From NCBI RefSeq assembly GCF_006345805.1, contig NC_043016.1, positions 29,574,001 to 29,638,000 of the forward strand: DNA of 64,000 bases, read 5' to 3'. Below are positions 61,941 to 64,000 of this stretch, piece after piece. The notes under the pieces were generated by a model, which was given only the letters and a program-made list of their open reading frames with translations, was not told where the DNA came from and searched no databases. The DNA comes from Octopus sinensis (taxonomy: Eukaryota). A program made the position numbers and the translations under genes. Positions within the stretch are counted from its first letter, which is position 1. Each line of letters begins with the position of its first letter.

Positions 61941-62397
61941 TATATGTTATATATGTATATGTTGTATATGTTATATATGTGTATGTATATATATATATAT
62001 ATGTTATATAAGTATATATACACTACTGTCAGAAATTAATTAGCATCCTTGATTTGCTCTTCACTCAAGGTATTTGCTGTCACCTAGTGGCCATATCTCG
62101 AACTATTGCTTTGTTGCGAGTTCACTGTTGCGCAGAACGATGACGTAACTTTGTTTGCAGAGCGGTTTGAGTGTCTACAGCCTAATGATGTTGACATAGC
62201 AGTGCAACAACAACTTGGAGTGTGGATGCAGACAAATCTTCCTTTGTTTAATAGATATAGGTAGCGCCTCGCAAGGACCGAAATCACACCATACTAAGTT
62301 TTCTCATCGCGTAAGACGTTTTGAACAGCTCGTAGGTTAATTGATTTGTGTATTTGCAAGATTTTTTTCCCTCACAAATTCTCCTACACTCTGCTTT

Positions 62398-62413
62398 GTG
62401 ACGTCACTTCCGG
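62398..62413. promoter_or_regulatory. Overlapping ETS-CRE composite motif in the Tc1 5' region
   Basis: GTGACGTCACTTCCGG, i.e. CCGGAAGTGACGTCAC on the minus strand. Confidence 0.6.
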
Positions 62414-62578
62414 TCCACAAAACTTTCTGTTATACATCAAATAAGGTGAGAAATTCTGCTTTCTCTTTCTTTTTTTTTTGTTTAATGAATATAACTCATA
62501 GTAGTTTTGTTTATAGCATAACATTATTCAAATGAATAGTTTTAATGAAAATAACTGGTTTTTATCGTTCATTCCTAG

Positions 62579-63556
62579 ATGGGCCCAAGACCTCGCATGA
62601 CCTTGGAGAGACGGTACGAGGCTCTCTCGTGGCGTGGGAAGCTGTCGGAGGTTGCAATAGCCAGAAAACTTGGTGTAGCCAGGCGCACAATTCAGTGCTT
62701 ATTTAAGAAATACGAGGAAACCGGATCAGCAGCTGACAAAAAGGGTAGGGGACGGAAGAGGCTGACGACCCAGCGGGAGACCGGATCATGATCCGAATGT
62801 CACTGTACAACCGAAGGGCAACGACCCGGCAACTGGCGGAGGAGAGTGCAAAAGATGACAGGGAAGCAGTTGTCTACAACCACCGTCAAGACCAGATTAC
62901 TGGAAGCTGGTCTAAAATCCTGTAGGCCGCCCCCAAAACCGGAAGAGGCGGCTGCTCTGGGCCCGTGCCCACAAGACATGGACCGTGCAGCAGTGGCGGA
63001 CAGATGTTTCACTGACGAGTCGCGATTCAGTCTCGTCAGTGACAAGCCTGTCCATGAGCGACGCCGCAGGGGTGAGCGCTTCAACAAAGACTGCATTGCT
63101 CCCACCATGAAGCATGGTGGGGGTGGTCTGATGGTGTGAGGGGCGTTCAGCTACAGTGGTGTTGGGCGGCTCTATGCCGTCGAAGGCAACATCAACGCAG
63201 CAAAGTACGTTGAGATAGTACGGGATACCTCTTTGGTGGCGAGGAGTACGTGCTCCAGCAGGACAACGCGCCTTCCCACACAGCCAAGCTCACCCGGTTC
63301 TTCAAGGAACCATGGGGTGACGGTCATGGACTGGCCTGGCCAGTCACCTGACCTGAACCCTATTGAGAACCTCTGGAGTCGATTGGGTAGGGATTTGAAT
63401 GTGCAGCAATACAGGAACCGACACGAGCTGTTTGGGGCACTTCTTGTTGCATGGGGGGGGCCATCCCCTTCACAGTACCTGCAGGCACTCATAGACAGCA
63501 TGCCGACCCGCGTAGCAGCTGTCATTGCTGCCAAAGGAGGAGCAACAAGATATTGA
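62579..63556 (+). pseudogene. Tc1 (DD34E-type) transposase, frameshifted
   Basis: HTH and GRGRKRLTT, FTDESRF, KHGGG.LMV*G, QQDNAPSH, DWPGQSPDLNPIENLW, SMPTRVAAVIAAKGGATRY; several frameshifts and one TGG>TGA. Confidence 0.92.
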
Positions 63557-64000
63557 CTAAATTCACGATAATAACAATTATGTGGTGTGCTGGGATATGT
63601 TTTAATAAATTTTTGATTAAAAACGAGTTCGTTTCTGATAATAAGTTAATTAAATTAAGAAAATGTAGAAATTTGAGAAGTGCTAATTAATTTCCGATGC
63701 AAGTGTATGTTATATAAGTGTGTATATATATATATATGTGTGTGTGTGTGCGTGTGTCTTATATGTATATATATATATGGTATATCTTTGTTAAATTTAT
63801 GTTATATATGTATGTGTTAAATATATATATATATATATTATATGCATTATGTGTATATATATATACATATATGTTGTGTGTGTGTGTATATATATGTATG
63901 TATATATGGTATGTATGTATATGTTATATATCTATATATATGTGTGTTATATATGTATGTGCATATATATGTATGTATGTGTATGTGTGTGTATATAAAT

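Larger units (their letters stand above)
62021..63705 (+). mobile_element. Full-length Tc1-like DNA transposon (1685 bp)
   Basis: TA TSDs at 62019-62020 and 63706-63707; 25-bp TIRs CACTACTGTCAGAAATTAATTAGCA / reverse complement CACTTGCATCGGAAATTAATTAGCA (20 of 25 match); AATAAA at 63604. Confidence 0.9.
26029..64000 (+). other. SPAST: Inferred SPAST intron 1 (>38 kb, runs off the window)
   Basis: Donor at 26029; a by-eye scan found no exon encoding the expected AIE.Y.KGI.ELEKGI continuation. Confidence 0.6.

Overview
Repeat-dense eukaryotic genomic DNA, very likely an octopus (coleoid cephalopod), judged from its SINE/RTE families and extreme (TA)n/(TATG)n content; there is one 100-N scaffold gap at 7390-7489. 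The only recognisable host protein gene is the first coding exon of spastin (SPAST, + strand, 25623-26028). No exon 2 was found, so the remaining ~38 kb appears to be intron 1. The rest is a transposon mosaic: a near-full RTE LINE with a tandemly amplified 3' UTR, Penelope, Merlin, Helitron, HERO-like, CR1, mariner and Tc1 remnants, piggyBac-like and foldback MITEs, three tRNA-headed SINE families and a 7.5-kb microsatellite-derived satellite. The most interesting observations are: (i) a SPAST start region that mirrors the human uORF / M1 / M87 layout directly behind a SINE pile-up; (ii) a mariner whose deleted core is replaced by a 505-bp copy of nearby DNA; (iii) hammerhead-ribozyme cores, one in the tail of a tRNA-headed SINE; (iv) a Tc1 carrying an exact ETS-CRE promoter motif and a 5' UTR intron; (v) two long foldback hairpins. 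Alignments and translations beyond the ORF track were done by eye and family names come from recalled motifs, so boundaries are approximate (often +/-10-30 bp).
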